DNA of 63,417 nt, the filler included, from Choristocarpus tenellus KU-1152 (taxonomy: Eukaryota; Protista; Phaeophyceae): NCBI GenBank assembly GCA_964200185.2. It is 13 parts of 13 records of this genome, joined end to end, with 100 filler letters (N's around TTAATTAATTAA, not from the genome) between each part and the next. Parts side by side here need not be neighbours in the genome. Positions count along the whole stretch, not along the records: positions 1 to 4,379 come from CAXNAD020014823.1; positions 4,480 to 10,218 come from CAXNAD020009873.1; positions 10,319 to 14,155 come from CAXNAD020017648.1; 10 more parts are not named here. The stretch is one strand, 5' to 3'. The translations under genes and the position numbers were made by a program. A model generated the notes under the pieces. It was not told the DNA's origin. It worked only from the letters and a program-made list of their open reading frames with translations, and made no database searches. Positions within the stretch are counted from its first letter, which is position 1. Every line of letters starts with the position of its first letter. Shown here in pieces: positions 1 to 11,639 of this stretch.

Positions 1-65
1 ATACTTGTCGTTCCAAAGTTGTGTTTTTAACTGGCTGGGGAATACAGCTTTCTTCGCAGCGAGCG

Positions 66-205
66 AGGTCAAAGTATCTGGGGGGGGGGGTGGTTTGTGA
101 GGAGGCGTCCGTTTCGGTCCGGACGAATTGCTCAAGAATCATAGCAATTGCTGTCTTCAGTCCCGGATGCCTCACAAACCACCACCCCCCAAGATACGTT
201 GACCC
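66..205. mobile_element. MITE type C (same terminal motif, hairpin-like body)
   Basis: GGTCAAAGTATCTGGGG..GTGGTTTGTGAGG...CCTCACAAACCAC..CCCCAAGATACGTTGACC. Related left ends at 55441 and 63326. Confidence 0.7.
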
Positions 206-803
206 AGCCACCGTCCTCGTATGATGTATATTGGACTAAAATGCATTTAGGACCTACGCTTGGCGCTTGAGTGGGTGTAGACTATGTTATTTTGGCTCAG
301 GGAAGTTGCCATTGGGTTCAAAGCTTGGAGCCTGGGTAGTTGTCGCCGCTTGGTTTGGGTGTGGAAGAGAGGTCATCTGTTGTGGAAATCTCGACTTGTG
401 CTGAAGATGGTGGCATGGAGTACGAGGTGCTTGTGCGTCAATGTATTTGTAGCAAGGTTTCTGTCAATTGCTCTGTGGTCCGATCAACGCAAAGAGGGGA
501 GAAGGAAATAGGATTGGGGCATGGAAGTAAAAGTATTAGAGGATGGTGGCAGAACGCACTAATGGAGATGAAATCTAGGTTGCCACCGGGCCAATAAAAA
601 CGTGCGTATGAGGACACATAAACGCAAAATCTTCGGGAAGATAATAAATTTCAACATACCAAATGCGTAATCTCCGTTGATTTAGAGAACATCCGATCTC
701 TCCATCATAACTTGTCTGTCGAGGCATGCGTCGGACTGGTGAAGTAGAGGGTGACTCACGAACAGAAATTGGCCTATGTTGCTCCTCAAAGCCGTGTCTC
801 TCG

Positions 804-1616
804 TCAGTACGGTGGCAGGGTAGGACTTGTCCAGAACAAGGCCTGTGTAGGAGCGTCTTGGTCAATACTGTAGTGTTGGACAAGAAGCTGGATATTTCGC
901 AAGTCGTCATGCTGCCATTTGACCTCATAGGGGTAGCTGACTCGCTCCTCTCTAATGTTCACCATGTAGTGGGGCTGGTACTTGGTCACAGTCCCTCGTA
1001 TCCACTGATCGTCCCATCTGAAGTATAGTTCCCTGCCCTTGGCCCTGGCATTGAGTGTTTCTCCCTCATCTAAATCTGGCACATAACTCAATGTCGGTTC
1101 AAGGAGAGTATATTTCTATGTATCCTTCTCCATGTCCATACGCTTTTGCTGGCGGTCAACAATTGACCAATGGCGTTGTCTGACACGCAGGGCTGCAGCC
1201 TCGTCACTGTCCCTCTTGTTCTTCTCTCGAAGTTGGTTGACACCCTCCTCGATCTCGTCCTCTGTCATGTGCGACCACAGTTTAGAGGGCAAAGATTTTT
1301 CGCCATCATCCGGGAGGCAGGGCACTGAGTAAATGTACGCCCCTGAACCATCTATGTGAACATCGCTGACCTTCCCCTGTACGATGCCCCCCCCACTCGC
1401 GCATAGGATGGAGCTGGTTCCTCGACCGAACCTGGCGTCGGATGTGTCCCCAAGTCTGAGTTGCCCAGAGAAGCGAGCAGGTATCCCACCGAGGGATGGC
1501 CGGTTGGATTCCGAGATGAACCTCTGGTATTGACAAGGCAGGATCGTGAGTGTGTTGTCCAGGTGGTTGTGGTCGATGTCTGTGAAGTCTGGGATGATGA
1601 TAGCCTGAAGGGGCAC
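804..1616 (-). pseudogene. Interrupted coding region with two Tudor-like beta-rich segments (gene or TE cargo)
   Basis: ORFs 1616-1116 (GKVSDVHIDGSGAYIYSV...DDGE...MTEDEI) and 1091-804 (LYFRWDDQWIRGTVTKY...YEVKW) lie on the same strand as the repeat ORF. Domain assignment by eye only. Confidence 0.35.
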
Positions 1617-2170
1617 GACACAGGGACCCAGTTATGCGTCCTGCATCACCACAAACATGTTCGTTGCAGGGGCTGTGTTGGTGTGTAGGACAATCGGCAT
1701 GTTATTACGCGTGATGGTCTTGTTTGGTTGTATAGGGGTGTTGTTTGTTGATCTTTTTGAGAAACGGATAGTTTTGTGTATTACAGAGGATACACTTAGG
1801 CGGTGGTATGAATGAATGGGATGCGCTTAGTTGCCCTACGTAACTTGTAAAATATAATGTGAAAGGTGTCAGTGGCGGTTGCAGATTGGGAGAACAAAAT
1901 GACATGGATGTCAGGATTGAACGTTATGGGAACAATTTATGTGAGTTAGAGGGTATATAAGGGGATATATGACATCTGTGTACATGGACAGCGTGGATTC
2001 ATTCGTGTGGAGCATTCACGAGGCTCAAGAAGATAGCCTTCTTCGTCTGGAGCGCTTTCACATGCTCGGGGCGCAACGTATTGCCTGCCCTCCCTCCATG
2101 ATCGTCGAGTTTCACCTGTGTGGGCCCATGTACGTAGCACTCGTCCCCGAAAAGAAGAGAAGCGGCCCCT

Positions 2171-3800
2171 TTACCGGCCTTCATGAGCCTGAACCCGTGA
2201 TCGTAAATGACTTGGTTTAGGATATTTGCGTCTGCACTCTATATTGTGTAGAAGCAGGTTTCGTTGCAGATCGTAGGAGCTCGGTGACGCTCGCCTCCAT
2301 GAAGGATTCAGTGATCCCCACATCGGACGAATTGCCGGAGTCAGCCGTGTCATGTGTGACGCAATCCTCATCACCACGAGATGAGCTTTCGTCGTCATCG
2401 TCGTCCGTCGATGTGAGTGAACATGGAGGTACCGTGCATCTGCCCATTTGGCAGAAGCGAAGACGTCGTCGAGGAAGTCAGGTTCCAATGCGCTGCCATC
2501 AGGATCAACAGGTTGTTTCAAATGTTTGGTCTGTCCAGCATCCTCTCTCGCCCTCTTTTTCCTAATTACTGTCCTAGAAACGCGGACTTCGCCCTCCCAG
2601 GAAGGCTTGCCCCTCTGGGTTGTGGAACTCTCACTGTTCTCACTTGGCCTCACACCACGGTCGTACATGTTCCAAGGCTCCTTTGCATCATCGTCGCTGC
2701 TGCCCACCAAATGGGCGTTTGGAGACATCCCTGTGTCACTCCGGACAGGCGTAGTCTCCGAGTCCTTACCTCGCGATGCCCTCACGTCCTCCACAGGAAG
2801 TTCCTCTGGACATGTGAAAGAGGACCCGTCGGTTCCGTCCCACTCGTCTTCAGAATCTTCTCTGACCCTCCTTTTCCTAATCAGGATCCTTTTTCGCTTC
2901 CCTTTTCCATTCTTGGAAGGCTTCTTCGTGGGGGTTTTGTCACAATCAATATGTATGCACTTTTCGCTTGGCCTCATATTGTGGTTGTAAACGTTCACCC
3001 TCTCTTGTGAGTCAGTTGCACCGCTGTGTACCGAATGGGCGTTTGGAGACATCCCTGTGTCACTCCGGACAGGCGTAGACTCCGAGTCCTTGCCTCGTGC
3101 CCCCCTCACATCCTCCACAGGAAGTTCCTCTGGACATGTGAAAGAGGACCTGTCGACTCCGTCCCCCTCGTTTTCGGAATCTTCTCTGACCCTCCTTTTC
3201 CTAATCAGGATCCTTTTTCGCTTCCCTTTCTCCTTCTTCTTCTTGGAAGGCTTCTTCGTGGGGGTTTTGTCACAATCAATATGTACGCGCTTATCGCTTG
3301 GCCTCGTATTGTGGTTGTAAACGTTCACCCTCTCTTGTGAATTAGTTGCGCCGCTGTCCACCGAATGGGCGTTTGGAGACATCGCTGTGTCACTCCTGAC
3401 AGGCGTAGACCCCGTGTCCTTGCCTCGCGACCCCCTCACGTCCTCCACAGGAACTTCTTCTGGACCTGACAAGTCGAAACAAACGGGCCGGTCCAGTTCG
3501 TCTTCGGAATCTTCTCTGACCCTCTTTTTCCTAATCAGGGTCCTTTTCTGCTTCCCTTTCTCCTTCTTGGAACTCTTCTCCCTCGGAGTTTGCTACGATC
3601 AATATTTTCGCGGTTTTCGCTTCGCCTCACATTGTGGTCACACATGTTCCCTGGTACTTGAGACTCAGCTCCGCCGCTGTCTAGCGAATGTTTGCTCGTG
3701 GACATCCCTAAAGCACTCAAATCCGGCGTGTACTCCGAATGGTTGCCTAGCCGCCCAATCGCGTCCTCTATTGGAATTTCCTCTGGGCCTGACAATAGGT
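2171..3800 (-). repeat. Coding tandem repeat, 324-330 bp units (108-110 aa), about 3 conserved plus 1 degenerate copy
   Basis: Anchor ATGGGCGTTTGGAGACATC at 2711, 3035 and 3365 (periods 324 and 330). The ORF 3472-2171 repeats PEE(V/L)PVEDVR...RSDT(A/G)MSPNAH...KRKRILIRKRRVREDSE. Confidence 0.85.
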
Positions 3801-4379
3801 TACAAACGGGTCTTTCCCCATCGCCTTGAGAGTCGTGTTCTGAGGGTGTCGTTGTAGTCCGCCCCTCTCTAGATTCCTGCTTCCCACATCTATGGAAGGG
3901 CTAGGTGATGTGTTATGTTCCTCCTCTCGAGCACCCGGAGTGTCGGGTCTCCCACAAGGCATGCTGGTGGATACGCCACCAGCAACGTTTGTCTTCAACA
4001 GTGCAAAATTGGTCAGTGCCGAGAGCTTGTCCTGCAGGAGTTTGATACGATCCGGGTCAAGGTTGTCCCCGAGGGCGGTGCATGTTATGACCAGGCCTCC
4101 CGGTCGTGTTTGTTGAAGGGCTATTTCTCTCTCGTGAGCTGCGTTGGTCTCGGACTTGAACTTTTCGAGGTCGTGCTTGGACATCGATAGGTTCTCTGGT
4201 GTGATCAACATATGAGTGACACCCGTTACCTCTGTGATGGCGGAAGAGCGGTGAAGGTCGTGGCGAAGTGGGGGTAACAAAACGACGGGAGGAGTTGTTA
4301 GTGTTAGGAGTCAAGATATGAGATGGAGTTTCGTGAGAAGGACTATGTGGGTCAGGATGCAGAAGAGAATACGGGGTGT

Positions 4380-4479
4380 NNNNNNNNNNNNNNNNNNNNN
4401 NNNNNNNNNNNNNNNNNNNNNNNTTAATTAATTAANNNNNNNNNNNNNNNNNNNNNNNNNNNNNNNNNNNNNNNNNNNN
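4380..4479. other. Artificial contig spacer N44-TTAATTAATTAA-N44 (first of 12)
   Basis: Identical 100-nt spacers also start at 10219, 14156, 22078, 30386, 33448, 39973, 42932, 47812, 52309, 55485 and 60530. The 12-mer places TAA stops in all six frames. Confidence 0.98.
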
Positions 4480-5681
4480 CCCCCCCGTTTCCCGCTCACA
4501 GTTTCAAGCGCCATGAGGTAGGCTGCCCTTCAAGATGCAAGAGATCGGGATTCGTCGTCAAAATCGTCCCAACAAAAAAAAAAAACACTTCTCACAACCT
4601 ACTTCCTGCCGCTCAAAACGGAGAACACGAGAGCGTTGTTAAAAGTCTATGTGGGTAAATATATATATTATCTATATACACATGGAATCATTGTCTTTCA
4701 AAGCACAGAGGGCATTGGTTGGTGATGGAGAGGTATCCCCTACAACCGGAGGTGCAGAATCCACTCCATAATCATCTCAACCACAGGAATAGAGAGCCGG
4801 TTCGTGTCGATGCATTTTGTGTCCGCTCCTCCGATGAATGCCTGGTTAAGAGGTCCTTTCTTTTTGTTTGTTTTTCTACGGCGACCCTCACAACAACGCC
4901 TTCTTGTCTTCTGTGCCTTGGTTCCTGCACCTCGAGTTGCAATCAACCGATCGCCTCTCTTAAGCTTCATATGTTGACACAACAACCATCTACTGCAACA
5001 CACACTCTCAGACAAAAACATGTCACAACAATCCTGCTAGGTTCAGAACTCCCCGCGCGTCTCACTTCCTACAACCACAACGAGGAACTGCTGACCTTCT
5101 GTGATCAGATCGGCGACATCAATGGGGACTATGCCAGGGAAAAAAAGACGAGTGGTTCCGCCAGGTTGGTAGGCGTTGTGCTCCAGTAACTCCAGGAGGA
5201 AAGGGGCAACGACGGCGTGTGTCTGAGTCAACCAGGGTAGCAGTGCTGGGGGGGAAAGTATTATCATGTGCTGATGTCAGGGACAGGTCCTATTTAGGGT
5301 ACATTTTTATGACAGACCGTGTGGAACCATATGAGTTGCATGCGCAGGCGTTTCCATTCTTGTACCTGTTGAAGACGATGACATGTAAGTCAAATACACA
5401 AACCGACTGGCAAAGATCAGGGCATGTTTCCTACAAGTCAACCAAAATCCCAGGGACTGTGCTTTGCTCCACCAGGTCACATCCAATCGCAGGCTTGGAT
5501 TGAAGCATGTCCTACTTCCAGGGCCTCAGTCCTTCCTCAGCTTACATGAAACCTACTACCTTGAATAAAAGAGGTCGACCTCAAAATACATAGACGTATA
5601 TACTGCTATGACAAGTGAGCAGCAGGCGTTTCCGCGCGCCGCGCCGCACCGCTAGCGCGCGTCCTTCCTTACGCACGATTT

Positions 5682-5715
<34 letters not shown>

Positions 5716-7396
5716 TTCCACCTGCCTGTTGGCGAGGGCGAGAGCCACCTGAACGGTCACCAGCACAGGCTACAACCTCCAAGCCAGTCATTACACACAA
5801 CCCAATAAGAAACAGTAGCGCAATCGAATCACATTGGGAAGCGCGGCATCACTCTTTGTTGTGAGCCAGAACACACCATGCTAAGGCACATAGATAGTCA
5901 AGAGAGCGCACAGGTCATGAGGACACACAAAACACAAAACACTCTTCACGGCCCCCACCCGCAGTGCCAAATTAACCTCGCCCCTAACCCTAATGTGATT
6001 AATTTGATTTCACATAAAAGTACGCTCGACTCTCCAATTTCCTGTTATATTTCCCAATCTCCATGCTGAACCTGATCAGTGGGAACTTGAGATTGAAGGA
6101 CTTGGTTACTCCCCGAGCCGTTGCCTTCACAGCCTCCGCAGTGCTCCAGGGTCACATTTTCCTGCAAGAATTAACTTCCTGAGACATAAATGTGGTGCAC
6201 AAAAGTAGTACAGTGATGATCTGGACCGGTGCAGGTTGTGATGTATAGGGACATTATTCCTCCTCCTCTCTTCCCTCTGCACCCTCCCCTTTGCATTAAC
6301 CACAAACCAGATAGTGTCACCTATACTCCCACTAGACAGAACAAGAACAAAAAACACAGAGGATTCCACAACTTGGAAGGCGTTTGAAAGTATGGAATGG
6401 TAGCATTTCCCTCCATGTGTGATAGCCACCCTCCTGCCACAATATGCCTTTACAGCGCCCTTCCTCTAGAAGGTGCATGTCAGAGTCTGTATCCTCGTAT
6501 GACATAATCATTGGGTTCCTGATGACGTCAATATCGGGTTGTTTGAGTGGAGCTTACAACCCCCCCTCTTCCACTTTCCTTCTTCAATCCTTCCCTGAGT
6601 GACCTTCTGAGGGTTGTTCACCTTTTATGTTTTTTCTCTCTCCCTTTGATTCCTTCTGTGGTTCATCCCACTCCACTTCAGTCCGAAGAACCTGTCTGCC
6701 TGTTTCCAACTGTTTCACAAATGGACTGTACTTATCTACACATATTTATTGTACCATGTATATACACATACTTATTTTACTATATATGTATACATACGTA
6801 TTGTACTACATATGTAAACAGATTAATTCTACTACATATGTAAACATATTTATTTTTATATTACTATGTACACACACATACTCACTGTACTATGTATATA
6901 CACATAATTACTGTAACATGCATATACACATTATCCCACTTAGACCTCAAGACCCTTACAGACCATATCATCCCTCCAAGACATCTCTAGTTTGTTCTTT
7001 TCAACCCCTATCACACAAAACTCTACTACTCTCATAGCGCACGGTAATCCTTCTGAGAACAGAGTTCGGGACGTCAGCATTATCAAAACCAATCGGTTCA
7101 TGAACTTCTCCTCGGCATGCAAATCAACCTCACCAGATCATCTATTTTCACAAAAAAAAAAATTGTATCTCATGATGATTCCAACCAAAACTTCTCGTCT
7201 GCAACATCCACTAAAACTGTACACATTCCTACACGCATATATACATAGACACACCAACACACACCAACACACACCAACACCAACACACACACCAACACAC
7301 ATTGTTTAAATTTGAGGAAAAGACACAAAAACGCGTCACCATTTCATGGGGACAATTAGTCTGATCAAGCCCACAACTTAAGGCCCACACACCCAC

Positions 7397-7799
7397 CTCG
7401 CACACAACCCCGTTGGCCATAAGCCTAGCAGTCTCCGGGCTCCTCCCATTAAGCACGAGTGTAGAGAGTTGGCTCCTCCGTAATGTCATCCTGAACGCAG
7501 TGGTTTCCTCCCACTCCCTGTTGCTACTAGCACTACCCTCCTCCCCCGCCCCCTCCCCCTCCCCCTCCACATCCTTCCTGGCCTCACTGGCACCACCCCT
7601 ACCTTGGTCACCACCGCTCGGCCCCCCTCCCTCCGGACTCCCTCCGCTTTCACAGGAGGGCTTAGATCCAGCTGGCACAGTTTCCACCCTAGTGTACTCC
7701 ACGACACAGTTGTAAGACCGCACCACCTTCACTGTCCCGAAGTAGCTCTTGCCCTTGCCATTGTCTTCATCAAAGAAATGCCAAAGGGTAATCCCCGGT
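7397..7799 (-). CDS. Internal exon of unknown gene, with Tudor/SH3-like segment and Gly/Glu-rich linker
   Basis: Pyrimidine-rich acceptor (TTTGTTTGTCAG), donor GAG|GTGGGT, GC-rich open frame (LWHFFDEDNGKGKSYFGTVKVVRSYNCVVEY...). Confidence 0.55.
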
Positions 7800-7918
7800 C
7801 TGACAAACAAACAAACAAAATGAAAAAATGAAAAAAAGAGGGAGAGAGGGATGGGGGGGAGAGGGCATGACTACTCAATCAGGAAGGCGTTTTCTATTTG
7901 AAAATGATAGTGTCGCTA

Positions 7919-8173
7919 CTTGTTCTGTTCAAAGCATCAGTTCTAACAGATCGCGGGGGGGAAGCTATCGACCCACGAGATCATACCTTACTGTCATTGC
8001 TTAGGGTTAGGGTATTGCAAAAAACCCACCAAGAGGCTATCTAAGAATCTCAGCAAAATCCAATTTAGTCTACCTACTCTGCACCGCCTACTCTAAAGGC
8101 ACAAGAAAGGCCTTCCCGACACAGCGTTTTTTCCGCCCTAAAAACTGTTTGTACCAATGCTGAACAGAGGAAG
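7919..8173. mobile_element. Stowaway-like MITE (~255 bp)
   Basis: The right end CTGAACAGAGGAAG|TA is identical to the mariner right terminus. The left end TA|CTTGTTCTGTTCA is a degenerate inverse. TA on both sides; no ORF. Confidence 0.55.
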
Positions 8174-8465
8174 TACTCGAAAATTGCAGCCAGAGAAGAA
8201 AGATAGTAACAACCAGCTCAGCAGAATTTCAGATTCGAGGTGTGTTGAGTGCGGGTCATACTCTACTCCAGAAAATACTGGAAGTCCTGCACACAAAAAA
8301 GCACTTGGTAGGGAGAGTGGTGTAATTTTTTGATAAATACTACTAAGGGTATAATCTATCTTGCATGTACTATCAATGGCTTCTTGTGCAGACATACATA
8401 CCATGCCACACACCAAACCCTAACCCTACCTCAAACGACTGATACAAGGTACTAGTATCGTAGAA

Positions 8466-8527
8466 CCAAGTACTAGTGTTAAGTACCAAGTACTAGTGTT
8501 AAGTACCAAGTACTAGTGTTAAGTACC
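8466..8527. repeat. Tandem repeat, 3 x 20 bp
   Basis: ACCAAGTACTAGTGTTAAGT x3. Confidence 0.9.
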
Positions 8528-9075
8528 GTAAAACCAAGAAATAGTATCATAGTACCAAGTCTTAGTGCTGTGGACCAGAAGTCCAAGTCGCACCAAGATA
8601 AAGCCAGATGCGCTGCATTGTACAAGGACACAACAATACACTGGACCTGCAACCCCTCTCCTGCCCTATCCCTATCAGTGCAAACGTTATTATACTCAGC
8701 GTAATCTTGCCACCACTCACTTACAAAAGCCAACAAATGTAAACACACTGTTAATACACAAACACACACACACACACACACCTGAAAACAAAAACACCTG
8801 CATTGCCTGCCTCCCTGACTGTGAGGTCAACTCATACACAAACATGTATACTCACTACATACTTCAATGTATCCACATGCCTCTGATGTAGGTCATACCC
8901 CCTTCAACCACCAAAGTTCAGAGAGAACAGAAAGTCTATCACATGCTCTCACTTGCTTGCTATCTCCACCTGCCATACCTCCATCTGCGATACCCTCCAT
9001 TGACCACTATTCCTCCCCAACCTAAAGACTCCTTCAACTGTGATTCTCACAGACTACAGAGTATGTGCGTGTTTT

Positions 9076-9108
<33 letters not shown>

Positions 9109-10145
9109 GTGTGTGCACATTCAATTCTCTTTTTTTTTCTTCAAGGCGTGCAATCGTGAGTGCACACGCACGTGAGAAATTAGTTCCACACTGTCACCAT
9201 GCGTAACCGTAAAAAACCGATAGAATTACACACACATATACACACACCAAACAAATCCCACTTCAGGTTCCTCAATACACGATTGAAAACACGATGATAC
9301 AGCACACGACTGCAGGGAAAAAAAAAACAAAAAAAAACCACACACACACAATAAAAATACAATAAACTCCTAATGAAAGCAAATCTCACCAATACAGTGC
9401 CAATATACACAATACGCGATTATTCCACTGTGTCTCAAAAGCCGGGCACAAGGTGAGCAAGGACAGACACTACGAAAAAAGAAAAAAAAAAAAAAAAAAA
9501 AAAAAACTTCACGCCAACCGGGAAAAGGCAGGGGGGGGGGGGAGGAAAAGGGGCGGGGGCGGGTCAACCGTTGTCCTGACCTCTGATTTCGAGGGGATGA
9601 GATATATCACCACATCAACAAGGCAGTAGTAGCATGAGGGAGACGTAACTACTACTCCCTCGGTGGTACGGCGATATCTCAACAAACTTGACAAGCTTCC
9701 ACTCGCCTGCCTGCGGCACTATAATCAAACCCATATTGCCCAGCGAGAAGCGAGAGGGACCTCAATCTGCAAAAAGTGAAAAATATAACTGGGGCACAAA
9801 GAGTCATCCAAGCAGCAAAGACAAACCCCTGACAACACCACTGAGTCAACGAGGATGGAGTGCATCTGCACAAAGCATTGAACCCCAACCCTCCACACCC
9901 CCCACCCCCCGTCCACAAAAAAAAAGTCCCAGAACACATTCCCAACAGTATCTAATACTATTATACCACTCCAGTAATATATATATATATGTTTATATAT
10001 TCATACCCCCAACCACCCATGACAAAAAAATATATATAGACAGCAAAAAAATCACCTCAAGAGCAACAGGGGAGAGAGAGAAGTTAACGACTCATCAAAT
10101 GCTCTACTGACAACAACACCAAGAACATTACAAGGTTCAATTAAG

Positions 10146-10182
<37 letters not shown>

Positions 10183-10318
10183 ACCCCCCCCCCAACCCCC
10201 CCCCCCCCACCCCACAACNNNNNNNNNNNNNNNNNNNNNNNNNNNNNNNNNNNNNNNNNNNNTTAATTAATTAANNNNNNNNNNNNNNNNNNNNNNNNNN
10301 NNNNNNNNNNNNNNNNNN

Positions 10319-10743
10319 CAGGTGGGGGCAGGTGGTGGTGGTGGTGGTGGTGGTGACTGGGGTGGAGGGAGGTGGGGTGAGATGGGTTGGAGTGGAGGAG
10401 GGGGTGAGGTGGGTTGGGCTGTGGGGGTAAGGGGTGCTCCGACTTGTGGAGTGGGGTGGATGGGGTGTGAGTTTTGGCCTGGGATATTGTATGGTGAAAA
10501 GAGGTGGATTTGGGATGCAGTTGTATTATTCAAGCGGGTAATGAGCCCCCCAGGAGGTGGTCTTTGGCTGGTTAGGGAGGTGTGGGTGCAATTGAAAAGT
10601 GTGGGGATGGGTAAGTGTGTTCCACAGTAGGGGCATGTGAGAGGGTGGTTGGCATCTTCGCAGAGGCTGACCATGCAGTTGAGGTGAACCGAGCACCCAC
10701 AAGGGAGGGTGCCTTGGTGGTCTGGGGGGAGACGCTCTAGACA
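10319..10743 (-). CDS. RING-finger-like fragment followed by Pro-rich region
   Basis: CLERLPPDHQGTLPCGCSVHLNCMVSLCEDANHPLTCPYCG gives 7 of 8 RING ligands (first Cys absent). The frame stays open to the gap. Confidence 0.55.
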
Positions 10744-11639
10744 TTCATATATAATTATATATGAAAGGAGGTTTTCTGTAGTTACACCCTTAATGCCGTA
10801 TGTCATATACTGTTACACCGATTGAGGTTCCTTGTCAGGAATCCCTAATTCCAGTGGAGGATCTTCCGTGCAAATGAATCCATAGAACCTCTTCAAGAGA
10901 CAGGTTCCTTAGATATGGGACTGCTCTTCATTCAGAGTTTTCAAACGTGAAAGACTCACTTTGCTCTCACGTCTTGACATTTCTGATGATCCTCTCTCAC
11001 AAGATCTTCAGTCAGTCTCCGCAATCCCCTCCAACTCCTTGTAGTCTTGCACTTGTCCAACCTTAACCTCATCCTCTCAGCTACGGTTCGTCTTGGTCCG
11101 TCTCTGGTCTGTCTTGGTCGATGATTCTCTTCACCACCCTTGCCTGAGTGAACCAGGCTGCCACAGAATCACGCGATTCATATTTTGGGGTGAAACTCTG
11201 TGTGATGGTGGGTGATGAGAACCACTACAAATGACGTTCATGAAGGAAGTGAGAGATGGGGCTGTTCGTGCTGGGTGTGCGTTGAGAGGCTCAGAGTAGG
11301 ATGTTAATCAATCTCTACTATGATCAGTTGCGACTGGTTAGAACTGAAAATACAAATCCCCTGAATATTTTAGTCCACTGTTCTTCCTGGGGTTTCCACA
11401 AGCTGGTCGTGTGTCTATTCCATACCACATCACCTCGACTGGCCTCTATGAAAAAAGATGGTGCACAAAAATGCATATGACTGTGCGCATTATTCACATC
11501 GTCAGTGTGTCGGAGGAACCAAAAGGGGACCTGTCCCTGACATCACTCCCCCCGAGTGTGGATTCTATCCGACATGAACATAAAGTGAGCTGGCCAGCAA
11601 TTCTAGTCGGATAGATCCTTCGAAGGACAACTCCTGGTT

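Noticed and set aside
2284-3857. Plus-strand ORFs overlapping the tandem repeat
   Set aside because: They are antisense shadows of the minus-strand repeat ORF.
10145-10215. Long poly-C/poly-G tracts (also about 33040-33150 and 42830-42875)
   Set aside because: They lie at contig ends or gaps, where lengths and sequence are unreliable.
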